Of a stretch of 64,000 nt of DNA, positions 43,207-57,881 are shown in pieces. The first letter of the stretch is position 1; each line of letters opens with the position of its first letter. The translations under genes were made by a program, and so were the position numbers. Below the pieces are notes generated by a model, which was given only the letters and a program-made list of their open reading frames with translations, was not told the DNA's origin and made no database searches. This DNA is from the human T2T-CHM13v2.0 reference genome, Homo sapiens, in assembly GCF_009914755.1 (NCBI RefSeq), contig NC_060940.1. The stretch is one strand, 5' to 3'.

Positions 43207-43848
43207 TACAGTCAGTCCTCACTACCCACAGATTCCAAATTTGAGGGATCACCTGTCTTGGTCTATTTTGTGCTGCTATAATAGAATACCACAGACTAGG
43301 CAATTTACAATGAACAGAAATGTATTGGCTCATGGCTCTGGAGGCTGGGAAGTCTGAGATTGAAGCAGCTGGCATCTAGCAAGGGACTACTTACTGCTTC
43401 ATCCCGCAATGGAAGGGCAAAGAGAGGAGGACAGAGAGACAAAAGGGAACCAAACTCATCCTTTTATAAAGAACCAACTCCCAAAATAACAAACGTACTC
43501 CTGTGATAAGAGCATTAATCCATTTATGAGGGCAGAGCCCTCATGGCCTAATAATCTCTTAAAGGTCTCACCTCTTAATACTGTTACAATGGTAATTCAA
43601 TTTTGACAGGAGTTGGGGAAGGGGGTAAATATTCAAACCATAGCATCACCTGCCTACTATAATTTATTTATGATCTTTAAATGCTTTGGAGGTCTTTGCA
43701 GATAAATGAAGAAGAATAAAAAAGTTTGAGGCACTCAACATACACATTCCCAGTAGAGGTTAAAGCAACACTCTGCCTTCTTGCTTCAGCTCTCCTACTA
43801 CAAATAAATGTCCTTCTTGCAATCAACTTAGTCCCATATTTTTGCATC
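43207..43848 (+). mobile_element. MER82-like TcMar-Tigger element, split by an MST LTR
   Basis: tacagtcagtcctc...cacattcccagtagagg..cactctgccttcttgcttcagctctc. Confidence 0.65.
43254..43645 (-). mobile_element. MST (C/D-like) solo LTR
   Basis: tgtcttggtc...caaaccatagca; perfect 5-bp TSD tcacc at 43249-43253 and 43646-43650. Confidence 0.9.
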
Positions 43849-43934
43849 ATATATATGTGTGTGTGTGCATATATATATATGACGCACATATATATATATG
43901 CACGCACACACATACATACAGTATATATACTATA

Positions 43935-44318
43935 TATGGTATATATACACCATGGATTACTATTAAGCCATTATAAAGACTAAAATCATGTCTTTTGCAG
44001 CAACATGGATAGAACTGGAGGCCTTTATCTTAAGTGAAACAACTTAGAAACAACTTAGAAACAGAAAGTCAAATACTGTTGTGTTCTCACTTATAAGTGG
44101 AAGCTAAATAATGTGTACACATGAATGTAGAGAGTGAAATAATAAACATTGGAGACTTGGAAGGGTGGAAGGGTGGGAGGTAGGTGAAGGAAGAGAAGTT
44201 ACTTCATGAGGACAATGTATATCCCTTGGGTGACAGTTACACTAAAAGCCCAGACTTCATCACTATGCAATATATCCATGAAATAAAACTGCATTTGTAC
44301 CCTTTAAATTTATACAAA
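43935..44318 (+). mobile_element. L1MA-like 3' end
   Basis: catgtcttttgcagcaacatgga...actaaaagcccagacttcatcactatgcaatatatccatg. Confidence 0.85.
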
Positions 44319-44838
44319 TTTATTTATTTTCTTTTATTATACTTTAAGTTCTATGCAGAATATGTGTGCAGAAAGTACAAGGTTGTTACATAGGTATACA
44401 GGTGCCACGGTGGTTTGCTGCACCCATCAACCTGTCATCTGCATTAGGTATTTCTCCTAATGCTATCCCTCCCCTAGCCCCCCAACCCTCTGACAGGCCC
44501 TGGTGTGTGATGTTCCCTTCCCTGTGTCCACGTGTTCTCATTGTTCAACTCCCACTTATGAGTGAGAACATGCAGTGTTTAGTTTTCTGTTCTTGTGTTA
44601 TTTTGCTGAGAATGATGGTTTCCAGCTTCATCCATGTCCCTGCAAAGGACATGAACTCATCCTGGGAATATACCCAAAGGATTATAAATCGTTCTACTAT
44701 AAAGACACATGCACACATATGTTTGTTGCAGCACTGTTCACAATACCGAAGACTTGGAACCAGCCCAAATGCCCATCAATGACAGACTGGATAAAGAAAA
44801 TGTGGCACATATACAACATGGAATACTATGGAGCCACA
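44319..44838 (-). mobile_element. L1PA7-like element with 5' inversion
   Basis: 44319-44662 is antisense 3' end; about 44663-44838 is sense ORF2 end; short TSD acaaattt. Confidence 0.9.
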
Positions 44839-46204
44839 AATTTTTTTAAATGTCGTAAGAGGTAAGACTAGATTGGGTGCCAGAAAACCTGGATTTGAGT
44901 CCAGGTTCTCCTACACAATGAATCTATTTCTTGGATATATCATCAAATTTATCTTGGCCTTCATTCCTTCATCTATAAGATTGATAGCTTGCCTTCTAAG
45001 TCGGAAGACTGTCCAGGAGACAAAAGGGTGTCCTTTGCAGGAACTTCAATATGAATGGCAGCTGCTGGAGTTATGTAGGGCACTACCAGTGCAGGTTAAT
45101 GCAGAGACCCTGCCTCCAGCATGCCATATTTCCTCATTTTCAATGATTACAATGGCATTTGGGTTTTCTTCATCTCTGCAAGCTTAATTGGATCAAGCTC
45201 TCTCCCCAATGCCTCAGAAGATGTTCTGTGTTTCTGTGCTGATGTAGGAAGTTTCTTGACCTGTAAGATCCTGGACCTTGATAAATCCATTCCCAAAATA
45301 AAGGCCACTATGTGGGGTTTCTTGTGAGACAGTTAAAATTCTGCTGATTCCTCCCTGACTTTACTGCCAACTGCTTTTACATTCTAACAGACGGTCTGAC
45401 CTTTTCAGAGTCTCCGTTTCCTCTTCTATAAAAAGAGGATATGCAACAATTGGAATTCCATACCACCGGGATAGAACAAACCCATTACAGGGTGGGGACG
45501 CTTTCTTTGCACTCTTAGAAAGTTTAAATTCATAACACATGCTCCTGTCTTCAGCCAAAGTGTAACTCCAAAATTGTTTAATTTACATTTAATTATTTAT
45601 TCTGCTGTTTTGCCTTCTCCAGTTACTAATAGATAATTGCATAAGAGGAAATGAAATCCAATACACAATGGTAGTGCGAGATCAATTTACAGGCAAATTC
45701 CTGGCTTGGAAACACTGAAATGGGACACAAGTGATTCAGTACAAAGCAAGCAGGGAGATGGTACCCCCCCACACACAGCCCTTTAATTAGATCCTTAACT
45801 TATTTAATGACACCTCTGGGTCTGGAAAGCTGTTATTGTTTAAGCGTTTAATGTACCATACAATTCAGGGGAAGGAGATTGGGAAGGAAAATGACAAAAT
45901 GCTTTTAGGACTCAAGTTATTGGTGTGACCTGCCTGGCATCCCCAAGCAATCCTGGTGATGACATTTTGCGTTCTTTCCCCCTTCTGTGTGTCAGATATT
46001 GGTGGAAAGACGCTTCCGGAAACGCTGTGCAGCAATTGCCCTCAAAAGTTTATTTTACAACCTAGCAATGATGTATATTTCCACTTCCTGCCTCAGCACA
46101 TTCATAATCAACAAGAAGTATTGTTTTCCCTGCAGTTATTCTTCACCTTGGGTAAAAAAAAAAAAATCAGAGTCCAAGAAGAATGGGCAAGAAATGCAAT
46201 TATT

Positions 46205-46502
46205 GGCCAGGCACAGTGGCTCACTCCTGTAATCCCAGCACTTTGGGAGGGTGAGGTGGGTGGATCACCTGAGGTCAGGAGTTTGAGACCAGCCTGGCCA
46301 ACATGGTGAAACCCCATCTCTACTAAAAACACAAAAATTAGCCGGGCATGGTGGTCCATGCCTGTAATCCCAGCTACTTGGGAAGCTGAGGCAGGAGAAT
46401 CACTTGAACCCAGGAGGCAGAGGTGCAGTGAGCCGAGGTTGTGCCACTGCACTGCAGCCTGATGACAGAGCAAGATTCTGTCTCAAATAAAAAGAAAGAA
46501 AA
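46205..46502 (+). mobile_element. AluSx
   Basis: Degenerate TSD aagaaatgcaattatt / aagaaatacaatcatt. Confidence 0.95.
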
Positions 46503-47378
46503 AAGAAATACAATCATTTTTCTAAAACCGGATGTACTTTATTACCAGATTTTATTTTAAATGGAAGATAGGAGCTTGCTCTCAATAACTTTGAGGTCCC
46601 CCTCCCGCTGCGGTTGCCTCTAAGCATGCTTGGTTTCAACTCTCCACGCATTCATCAACCTGTTTCCAGTGCTTGTCTTTCTGGGTGAGGGTATAGGAAT
46701 AAAATGCAACCTCCCTATCAGAACAAGCATGTATTCTAGGTGAGCAGTGTCTGGATTCAATCATCTTCTTTCTGCTCTTCTCACTAGAGCTGTTTCTATT
46801 GCCGGCAGTGTCTCATTCAATATATTTTTCTGTCTACATTTAGCTTCTCCTTGTATTTCTCCTCTCATTCCAGTTATGCATTCTTTGTGACCTTTTCCAC
46901 ATGAATCAAACACCAGAGATTATAGGTAAGAGAGCTGAAAACACGGGCGAGAACTCTGAGATAACTTAATAGAACTCTCAGCTGGTAAAGAAACTCCCAC
47001 AGGTAAAGAAACTGAGGTTCAGGGACATGTTTGGGCCAGAATTGGGACTAGACGCCAGGGTATCCCAGCAGCCAACTAATCCCCCCTCACTAGGAATAAA
47101 TGGTTCCAATTTTCCTAACATCTGAGGTTGAGAGGTGGGGCGCATCAACTGTGACATGTCTGAGCTGCATAGAGGATGGGGTATTGTGTTCCAATGCAGC
47201 TTTTTCTCTGATGGAAAACCTGAAATTCTTCAGAGACGTGCGTAACTAACGTAACCACTGTCTTTGGGCAGGGGGCTGTTCCCTGCCTCAATGTTCTCAT
47301 CTGTAAAATGAAGAAAACAACAGTATTCTCACAAGAATTAAATGATACAATAAAGATAAAGCATTTAGTATAGTTTTT

Positions 47379-47696
47379 TGTTTATTTGTTTGTTTGTTTT
47401 TGTTTTTGAGATGGAGTCTCGCTCTGTCGCCCAGGCTGGAGTGCAGTGGCGCAATCTTGGCCCATTGCAAGCTCCGCCTCCCGGGTTCACACCATTCTCC
47501 TGCCTCAGCCTCCTGAGTAGCTGGGACTACAGGCACCCGCCACCACGCCCACCTATTTTTTTTTTTTTTTGTATTTTTAGTAGAGATGGTGTTTCACCGT
47601 ATTAGCCAAGGTGGTCTCTATCTCCTGACCTCGTGATCCTCCGGCCTAGGCCTCCCAAAGTGCTGGGATTACAGGCGTGAGCCACCGCGCCTGGCC
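47379..47696 (-). mobile_element. AluY inserted in a MIR
   Basis: gcaagctccgcctcccgggttcacaccatt; TSD agtatagttttt at 47367-47378 and 47697-47708. Confidence 0.95.
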
Positions 47697-48308
47697 AGTA
47701 TAGTTTTTGATGTAGAGTAAGTGCTTAATAGACGTTAGTTATCATTAAATCATCATTACCATCATCATCATCATCTTATCACTTATTGTTTGGAGACCTC
47801 TGTTATACTTTGATGCTTGAATCATTCTGTAAAACAGCAGTACCGCTGGAAGAATTCTTCCAGTCATTCATTGCCAGATATTTATGTAAAGGGTAATTGG
47901 CAAAATAGCACTTCCTTCCTCTGCATGGTGGGAAATGATGCCCTTGTTAGCTTTTCTTTCCTGCTGGGAAAATGCTAGGCCATAAATAAACATTGAAATA
48001 TGAAATACTCAATGAATGAATGAAAATAACATGGGGGTATAACTAGAAAAAAAGTCTGCAAAATGTTATAATCAACTTTGAGTTTTAATATACTATTAAC
48101 AGTGACAGAAATAACTACAAAGAGGGCTCACAGACCAGACAAATTTCCTCTTTGGATGGCCAAACATCTGCAGTAACTGTTCTTCTTTATTCTTCTCCTT
48201 CCCAGCCTAAAGGATTTGGTATACCTCTGTTAAGGCCTGAAGATGTGTTTGCCTGGAGTAACTACAGCCCTCTACAAACAAAAATTGAAAGTCGGAAAGT
48301 GAAGAATT

Positions 48309-48457
48309 AGGGTTGCCAGACAAAATAAAGGAAGCACAACTAAATGCGAATTTCAAATAGATAAGAGAATTATTTTAGTACGTCTCAAATACTGCATGAG
48401 CATCTGTTATTTTGATACTTGGTTTTGCTTTGTTTTGTTTCTAAATCTGGCAACCCT
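48309..48457. mobile_element. MER53-like hAT MITE
   Basis: Perfect 12-bp terminal inverted repeats agggttgccaga / tctggcaaccct. Confidence 0.85.
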
Positions 48458-49009
48458 TCAAATAATACCCATTTTCCCTATTTGGCATATAAAACATAGG
48501 TAATTTAGTAGTCTGTCTGGCAGTGTCTGGTAAGAACTTATTTGGATTATGAAGAGATGAAACAAGACCACTGTACATATAATCAGGGATCTCCCTGAGA
48601 AGAAATAGAGGTGGCCTCCACAGGCTAATGAATCCATCGCCTGAAATCGTACCACTTACAGAACGGGTTAAGGTTTATTTTGAAAGAGGAAGAATTAGAA
48701 AAGACTTAGATTTGAGAGAGTGTAACATATTTATAGAAGCCTATTTTTATGAGGTATTTTTAGACTAGAGCGTTACCTGATTCCCATGGGGAATTCTATG
48801 TTTTAATAAACTCCAAAGACTCAATAATGGGATACTATATTTGTGCTAATTTCACTATCCCAATATACCTTAGTATTTGGGATATGGGGAGAGATATTCT
48901 GACCCAAAAAAATTATGTGCCAGACATTTAATACACGTTACTTCAGCTAGTCCACAGAACAACCCTGTGAAATATAAATTGGGGTTCAGAAAGTTGAAAA
49001 CTAACTGAA

Positions 49010-49900
<891 letters not shown>

Positions 49901-50301
49901 TTAAAACACAGAACTAGCAAATTTGAGGATTGGCATTCAAATCTTGGTCACTTGAACCCTGTAAGAACTCCCTAAAAGCAACTATAAGTCAGTTGACAAC
50001 ATGTTTCAAGATGGCAAGGATACTGATACATACATATACATATTATACGTATATACACACGCACACATACACACACACATACATACATACACTACGTATG
50101 TGTGTATATATATTCCTCTTCCAAGTGCTTAGCATAGCGTCTGGAAAGTTCTACAGGAATAGCTTGAATTTTTGGCCTGTAATACTCTATTTGCTTAATT
50201 GCTCAATGCCCCTGCCAGCTGGGAGCTTGACTAATCACCTACGCTAATATAAAGTCAGTGCCAATGGAAGCTGTCATTTTTCTGTCCTTCAGCTGGAGGA
50301 C

Positions 50302-50604
50302 TTTCTTTTTTTTTTTTTTTTTTTGAGACGGAGTCTTGCTCTGTCACCCAGGCTAGAGTGAAGAGGTGCAATCTTGACTCACTGCAACCTCTGCCTCCTG
50401 GGTTGAAGTGATTCTCCTGCCTCAGCCTCCCCAGTAGCTGGGATTACAAGCGCCTGCCACCACGCCCGGCTAATTTTTTGTATTTTTAGTAGAGACGGGG
50501 TTTCACCATGTTTAGCCAGGATGGTCTCAATCTCTTGACCTCGTGATCTGCCTGCCTCAGCCTCCCAAAGTGCTGGGATTACAGGCGTGAACCACCGCCC
50601 AGCC
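50302..50604 (-). mobile_element. AluSc-like
   Basis: ttagccaggatggtctcaatctcttgacctcgtg. Confidence 0.93.
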
Positions 50605-50659
50605 TCAGTTGGTCATGGTTTTCACCTGACCTTTCCCTTGAGCCCCTGGCTCAACAGCC

Positions 50660-51565
50660 CCATGTCAATGTCTACTAGTCACCTCAAACTCAACATGGCC
50701 TAAACAGAACTATTGAGTTCCTGCCCCCTACATAAAACTTCAAACAAAAAAACTCCAAATTAAAGCAATTTTTCTTTCCCATGTCAGTAAATGGCACCAA
50801 CATTCATCCAGGTGCTCAAGCCAAAAGCTGAATATCACTCTTGATTCCTCCATTCCCTCACCTCCCCATTGCCAGCTCATCCACCCCCATCAAATCCATC
50901 ATCGTCTCTCCATCTTTATCCCTCTCATCCTGATCCCCATCTTCTACCTGGAAAACTGCAAGAGCCTTGTCTTTGACATCCCAGCTTCCACACTTGCCCT
51001 GCTATGGGTCATTTTCTGCAGAATGAGCTGGTGTTTTAAATTAAAATTGCATCATGCCACTAAAGCCCTACCCTTCTTCCTTTCATGCTTCAAGTACCAC
51101 TCATTGCCTGGACTGCTATGATTTGACCCTTCCTCACCTCACTGATCCTCTTTCAAATGTCCCTTTCACATAGGCTTCAGGCACCTTTGCTTTTATACTG
51201 GTTATCAAATATGCCAAACTACCTCCTACTCTAGTGCCCCTGTCTTCACTGTCCCCTCAGCCTGGACCACTCTTCCCCTAGATCATGGCTAGTTTCTCCA
51301 TTTCATGAAGGTCTCACCTTAAATCTGACCTCTTTGCATGCAACTTATTTAACCTCCCAATCCAGAGAAGCCTCTTTCAGATCAAAGAGCATTTATTATT
51401 TTCATTAAATAACCTGATATTCTTATTTACAAGAATAAGTTGTCTGCTGTTCTCCTCTGGAATATAACCTCCATGAGTACAGAGTTTTCTTCTGCTATAG
51501 CCTCAGTGCTGAGAATGCTGCCTGACACCTAGTAGGTGTGCAGTAAATGTTTAATGAATGGATTG
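50660..51565 (+). mobile_element. L2 LINE 3' region
   Basis: cacctcaaactcaacatg...cagtaaatggcacc...gcctgacacctagtagg..taaatgtttaatgaatg. Confidence 0.8.
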
Positions 51566-52816
51566 GAAAGAAAATGCATGCAATGTATGCAAAGAAAAAA
51601 TAATTGGGGTATCCTTGGAGAAACTCTAAAAGACTGCGTAAGTGGGCTGACAGATTCCAGAGGACACATTTAAAGAAAAAAAATCCCTAAGGTACAAAAG
51701 ATTTCAGAAAAAAACTACAGTCCAGGGGCAAAAAATGTCCTTCACTCTCTGTGTTAAAACTTCAACCCCAAACACTTGGGAGCTTCTTCCCTCAACCAAT
51801 CAGGTACCTCCTCTGAGGGTAAAGAGCATGGCAGATATTCCAAAAATGAATTAGTATGTTTATTAGGTCACATCCCCCGAGACAAACCACTTGTCTCATC
51901 AAATTTACAGCTGTCTCCAAAGCATGGAAAATCCTCTCCAATCAGCAAGTTACATGGGCCGACTTAACATATTGTACAATGTTGATTTATGGTGACAATT
52001 AAGAACGTATTACCAAAGTCTATTTCACCATTAACACCCCTGGGGACTGAATAACTTCTAAATCTTCCGGCTGCTACCTCCCAAAAGGCTTGGATCTTGG
52101 CTAAGGATTTAGAGATTATAAATTTAACAAAGGATGAAAACTGCAAGAGGAGAGTCTTGAACAGCAAATAATGAGTTTAACCAGCTTCTCAACTTCTCGG
52201 TGAGATTTATAACGCCTTCCTGCCTGAGGGCAAGGAATCTTTTATTTTGAAGTTTATAGCCTCTATCACTTATTGTTTTAGCTCCAGATGTGAGAGTCTG
52301 GCATTTGGATGGGATTCTTTTTGGAAGCCAGTATTCATCAGTTCAGCAAATCTTTCCTTCTAACAGTCTTTTTGGAGAACAGTACAGTGACCAGAAGGCA
52401 ACGACTGTCACTTCCAAAGATAGGCACCTACTACTTCAACAAGTTGCTGGATGTACAGACCCTGCATTGCATATTCATCTGACCAAAAAGCCCAAGGACC
52501 AGACTTCTAATAGTCTGACATGAAATAACTCTAGGACTAATTGGTTCCATGGTTCTAGAGTTGGATTCTCACCAGTGGTGCAGCTGGGTCACCTTTGTGA
52601 TCACCAGTACCAGCAAAGAAACATGAGCCAATCATTATCTACGTAGGGTTGAACTGGCCAAGTTTGAGTGCTAATCACATCCAGGTCACATTTTCCCAAA
52701 GTATGGATCAGAGACCATCGGAATCACCCGGGGTGCTTTCAAAGGAAGAAAAACCCTCTATACCAAACCTACTTAATCAGAATCTGTGGAATTTGGAGTT
52801 AGGAAACTCCATTCTT

Positions 52817-52951
52817 TTTTAAAATATTATTTATAGAGGTGGGGTCTTGCTGTGTTGCCCAGGCTGGTCTCAAACTCCTGGACTCAAGCAATCCTCCCTC
52901 CTTGGCTTCCCAAAGTGCTGGGATTACAGATGTGAGCCACCACCCCCAGTC
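52817..52951 (-). mobile_element. FLAM (Alu monomer) inserted in a MER5 (about 52690-53015)
   Basis: Single antisense monomer; TSD ggaa(a/t)ctccattctt at 52802-52816 and 52952-52966. Confidence 0.85.
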
Positions 52952-53739
52952 GGAATCTCCATTCTTAACATGCTCTATAGATTATTCTCATGCACTCTAA
53001 ATTTTGGGAAACTCAAGCTTTGTTGTAATGCATGCAACCCAACCTGGAAGGACAAGTCACCTACTCTGGGTGGAGACCTCAAGTGCCACCAGTAAGCATC
53101 TCTCTGCCTTTCGTTATTTTCTTCTGAAAATGTAACTCATCCTCAGGGCCCCATGGAGAGAAAGGAAGATGAAATTCCTGAGGAGAGTTCATCTCTCTGA
53201 GATATTTACCTTTCACTGGACCACCCACTAGCATAACATTTCTGTACAATCATGCTCAGCTTTGAGGTGAAATACGTGTCTACAAAATACTTGGCACTCT
53301 TCAGGTTGTTAGAATATTTTTAGAAATGAAAATAACTTGAGAACTCAGTAATGAATATACAATAGAAGCATTTCAGGTATCATGAGGTTGGTGGAAGAAA
53401 AATAATTTTACTCTATTTATAGGCAGAACTATCTATCCTCTCTCTGACTCTCCCCCAGAGGAGAATCATATGAAGTTTGGCTCCTAGGACATGTATTAGG
53501 GACTGGAAATTCGTCCCATATGTGAGTCCAAATTTCAAAGTTATCCAGTAATGAGGATTTCAGAGTGTGGCATTTTGCCACGGGGTGAACTGACCACCAA
53601 GTGCAATAAGTGCTACGTGCAAGCATGCATACACATGTATACACAAATAAGCCTGGGAAAGGTACTATTCTGTTTGGCAGGAATTGGCAGAGAATAGTGG
53701 TTCAATGAACACAAAGTTTATAGATTCCAGTCACCAGAA

Positions 53740-53875
53740 TCTATCTATCTATCTTCCTTCCTTCCTTCCTTCCTTCCTTCCTTCCTTCCTTCCTTCCTTC
53801 CTTTCTTTCTCCCTCCCTCCCTCCCTCTGTCCCTTCCTTCCTTCCTTCCTTCTCTCTCTCTCTCTCTTTCTTCTT
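53740..53875. repeat. (CTTC)n/(CT)n polypyrimidine repeat at an Alu tail
   Basis: Direct inspection. Confidence 0.95.
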
Positions 53876-54175
53876 TTTTTTTTTTCTTTTTTTTGAGATG
53901 GAGTCTCACTCTGTTTTCCAGGCTGGAGTGCATTGGTGTGATCTCAGCTCACTGCAACCTCCGCCTCCCCGGTTCAAGCAATTCTCCTGCCTCAGCCTCC
54001 TGAGTAGCTGAGATTACAGGCGTGCACCACCACACCCAGCTAATTTTTGTATTTTTAGTACAGACAGGGTTTCATTATGTTGGCCAGGCTGGTCTCAAAC
54101 TCCTGACCTCAAGTGACCACCCGTCTCAGCCTCCCAAAGTGCTGGGATTACAGGCGTGAGCCACCGCTCCCGGCC
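53875..54175 (-). mobile_element. AluS (Sx/Sz)
   Basis: Antisense Alu dimer. Confidence 0.95.
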
Positions 54176-54496
54176 TACTCTGGTTACCAGCATCTTAACT
54201 ATAATAATCAAAAAGCATCAATAAACATCAGATATTCGACTGTAACATTTCTCTTACAAGTTACAGTTTCACAACGTGACTTGGATGTGATATGGCACAC
54301 TGATGTGACTATTGTGGTGACTAACATTTGTTGGGACTTTTACATGTGTGGTAGGTGATCGTCACTACCACGTACGAGTTAGGTGAACTTTTTAATCTTC
54401 ATTTTACAGATGAGAAAACAAAACATTTAACTGACCTGCCAAGATTATAGAGGAGAGAAGTGAGGGAGATAGGGTTGAATCCAGATGGTCTCACTC

Positions 54497-54833
54497 CAGA
54501 GGCAACTTCTTCAGTAAAGGGCCACGTAAGTAAATGTTTTAGGCTTTGTGAGTCAAATGGTCTTTGAGGAAAGGACTCAGCTCTACCACTGTGGCATGAA
54601 AGCAGCCATGGACAGTAGGTAAACAAGTAAATGTCGTTGTGATTGTGTGTCAATAAAACTCTATTTACGGGCACCGAATTTGAATTTCATGTAATTTTCA
54701 CATGTCTTAAAATATTACTTTGGGTTTTTTTTTTTCAAGTATTTGAAAATGTGAAAACTATCATTATCACATGGTCCATACAAAAATGGGTGATGGGGTG
54801 GATTTTGCCTGCAGGCTGTAGTTTGCAGACCCC
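54497..54833 (+). mobile_element. MER58B (hAT-Charlie)
   Basis: gtaaagggccacgtaagtaaatgttttaggctttg...tttgaatttcatgtaattttcacatgtc...tgtagtttgcagacccc. Confidence 0.85.
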
Positions 54834-55344
54834 GATCTAAAGTATTGACCCTTCCAAGATTTAGATCCTGCCTTTTCCTACCATTTTGTAGTTGTGATAA
54901 CTTGAGCAAGTCATTTAACTTCTCAGTTTGCTTGCTCTTAGTCACTTAATCTTTTACCTTGATTGATGGTATGCAGTCAGCTATTCATACATTCATATAT
55001 TCATTTAACAAATATTTATTGAACCCATGCACTGGGCTAGATACTGGAGGTGCTAGATTTTGTCCCTGCCCTCCCTGAGCTTACATTTCAGAGGAAATAA
55101 CAGATAAATAAGTAAGTATCTTACTTTCAGGACAACCAAATAGGGTAAGGAGCTCCAACCCTATCAAAGGCATCATGGGGAAATTAGAAAGTAGAGACTT
55201 TTTGGACATGGGCAGTTCCATGCCAGGAGGGGGACCTCAAATCATACTTTCACCTCTCCTGCCCTAGACTGATCCTCTTGGGAGAGCACTGAATTATCTA
55301 AATTACAGAACCTAGTACATTGCTCTAATTCTTTGACAAAAGAT

Positions 55345-55873
55345 GAATTTGTTTTTCATTGCCATGTTACAAGTTATCATACACTTAGCAGCTTAAAACG
55401 ACATATATTTATTATCTCAAGTTTTCACAGATCAGGAGTCTAGACAGGCTTAGCTGCCTCTTCTGCTCAGAGTCCTATGAGGCTGTCAATGAGGCATCAG
55501 TTGGGCTGTGTTCTCATCTAGAGGTTTGAGTAGAGAAAAATCAGCCTCCAGGTTCATTCGGATTGCTGGCAGAATTCATTTTCTTGTGGCTGTAGATCTC
55601 ATGGTGGCTTGCTTCTTCGAGGCCAACAGGATAATGAAAATGAGTGTTCTCAGAGTCATATATGTAGTAAGATAGTGAGGGCCATGATATCCCATCACCT
55701 TTGCCATACAATATAATTCAATCAAGCCAGTGACATCCTATCCATCACCTTTGCTGTATTCTGTTGGCAAGAGGAAGTCACAGGTCCTACCACATGGAAT
55801 GAGAGGGGATCGCCAAGACATAACACTAGAAAGCGGAGGTCACTGGGGTTGTCTTGGAATCCTACCTGCCATA
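55345..55873 (-). mobile_element. MLT1E-like LTR
   Basis: cacttagcagcttaaaac..tttattatctca...ggcagaattcattttcttgtggctgtag. Confidence 0.8.
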
Positions 55874-55947
55874 AAATATGCCATCTGAAACATAGGACCG
55901 ATAGTGGTGCCTGGGTCAAAGGGTTGTCTTACATTTAAAGAGCTTAA

Positions 55948-56280
<333 letters not shown>

Positions 56281-56946
56281 AGGAAGAACTCATTTTGTTT
56301 TCCTTATCATCTGCCACTATCATTATTAAGAAGGTTCCAGCCATGTCTCACACAGCTCAGAGCATCCTTTAGCCTCTTCAAGGTGATTTGGGATACTGGG
56401 ATACTCCTGTGCAGAGAGCAACTTCCCTTCTCTACCTCCAGGGATGTCTATGCAACACTTACTGAATCCACATTACCTCTGACATCTTGAACTTCTCACG
56501 CTGGACCTAACAGCTCTGTGCCATCTCATTTTCTAGGTGGAAATGTTTCCTTCAGAGATAGGGTATGTCAACTTTTGCCCATAACCTCTGAGCTCCCAAA
56601 TTCCAATTTTCTTTCATTCAACAAATTCATCTTACAATCTTTTATTGTGTGCCTACTATATATCAAGTGCTAGGCTTTCTCCTTCTCAGTAGGTCTGTGC
56701 CAATCCATAACCCCAGAACTTTTTCTCATTTTGCCTCTTTTAATTTGGCAAAAATTAAAAATTAAATTAAAAAATTAATTTTTAAAATATTAAAAAAATT
56801 AAACATTTGGCAAAAATCTGTCGCTTTTTCCCATTCTAGTTAAGATTAGGTTTGTGTTTTAAGGGCATTAGCTGCAGCTTTGTGCTGTTAGAGAAATAGT
56901 GCATCTTATTGACCTGCTCTCTTATTTTATAGAACTGCAGAGAACT

Positions 56947-57300
<354 letters not shown>

Positions 57301-57785
57301 CTACTGCCTTATCTGCCTTATCCTGCCGTTTAGATTCAAATTGCTCCCTGCCTCCTTTCTAAGTGATTCCCCTCAAAAACCTGGAAAATTAGTTGACGGG
57401 TTTTTTTTCTTTTTTTTCTTTTTTCTTTTTCCTTTTTTTTTTTTTTTTGCCTCTGATCTCCTAGAAATTCTTTTAGCAAGATTTCCCTCAAACTACAAGA
57501 TTCAAGTGATTGTCACTATATAATTAGTAATAATAGAACTATTAATAATGATGATATTAATAACAAGTAATACTGCTAGAGCTCTTCCGATATTCCAGGG
57601 TATGCTCTAAGATCTTTGTACATTTTAGCCTATTTAACCCTCATTTTGGATATCAGGAAACTGAAGCGTAGAGAAATTAAGTAACTCGTCAAAGGTCACA
57701 CGACTTGAAAGTGACAGCTGAGATTCATGCTCAAGCTAATTCCAAGGTCTACACTTTTAACCACTATGTAATTTTGCCTCTTCAC

Positions 57786-57881
57786 ATAGACCATGAGAAA
57801 AATGTTAGTGGAAACAGAATTCCATATCCAGAAATAGACTATGAGAAAAATGTTAGTGAAAACAGAATTCCATGTCCAGAA
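57786..57881 (+). repeat. 48-bp tandem duplication
   Basis: atagac(c/t)atgagaaaaatgttagtg(g/a)aaacagaattccat(a/g)tccagaa x2, 3 mismatches. Confidence 0.95.
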
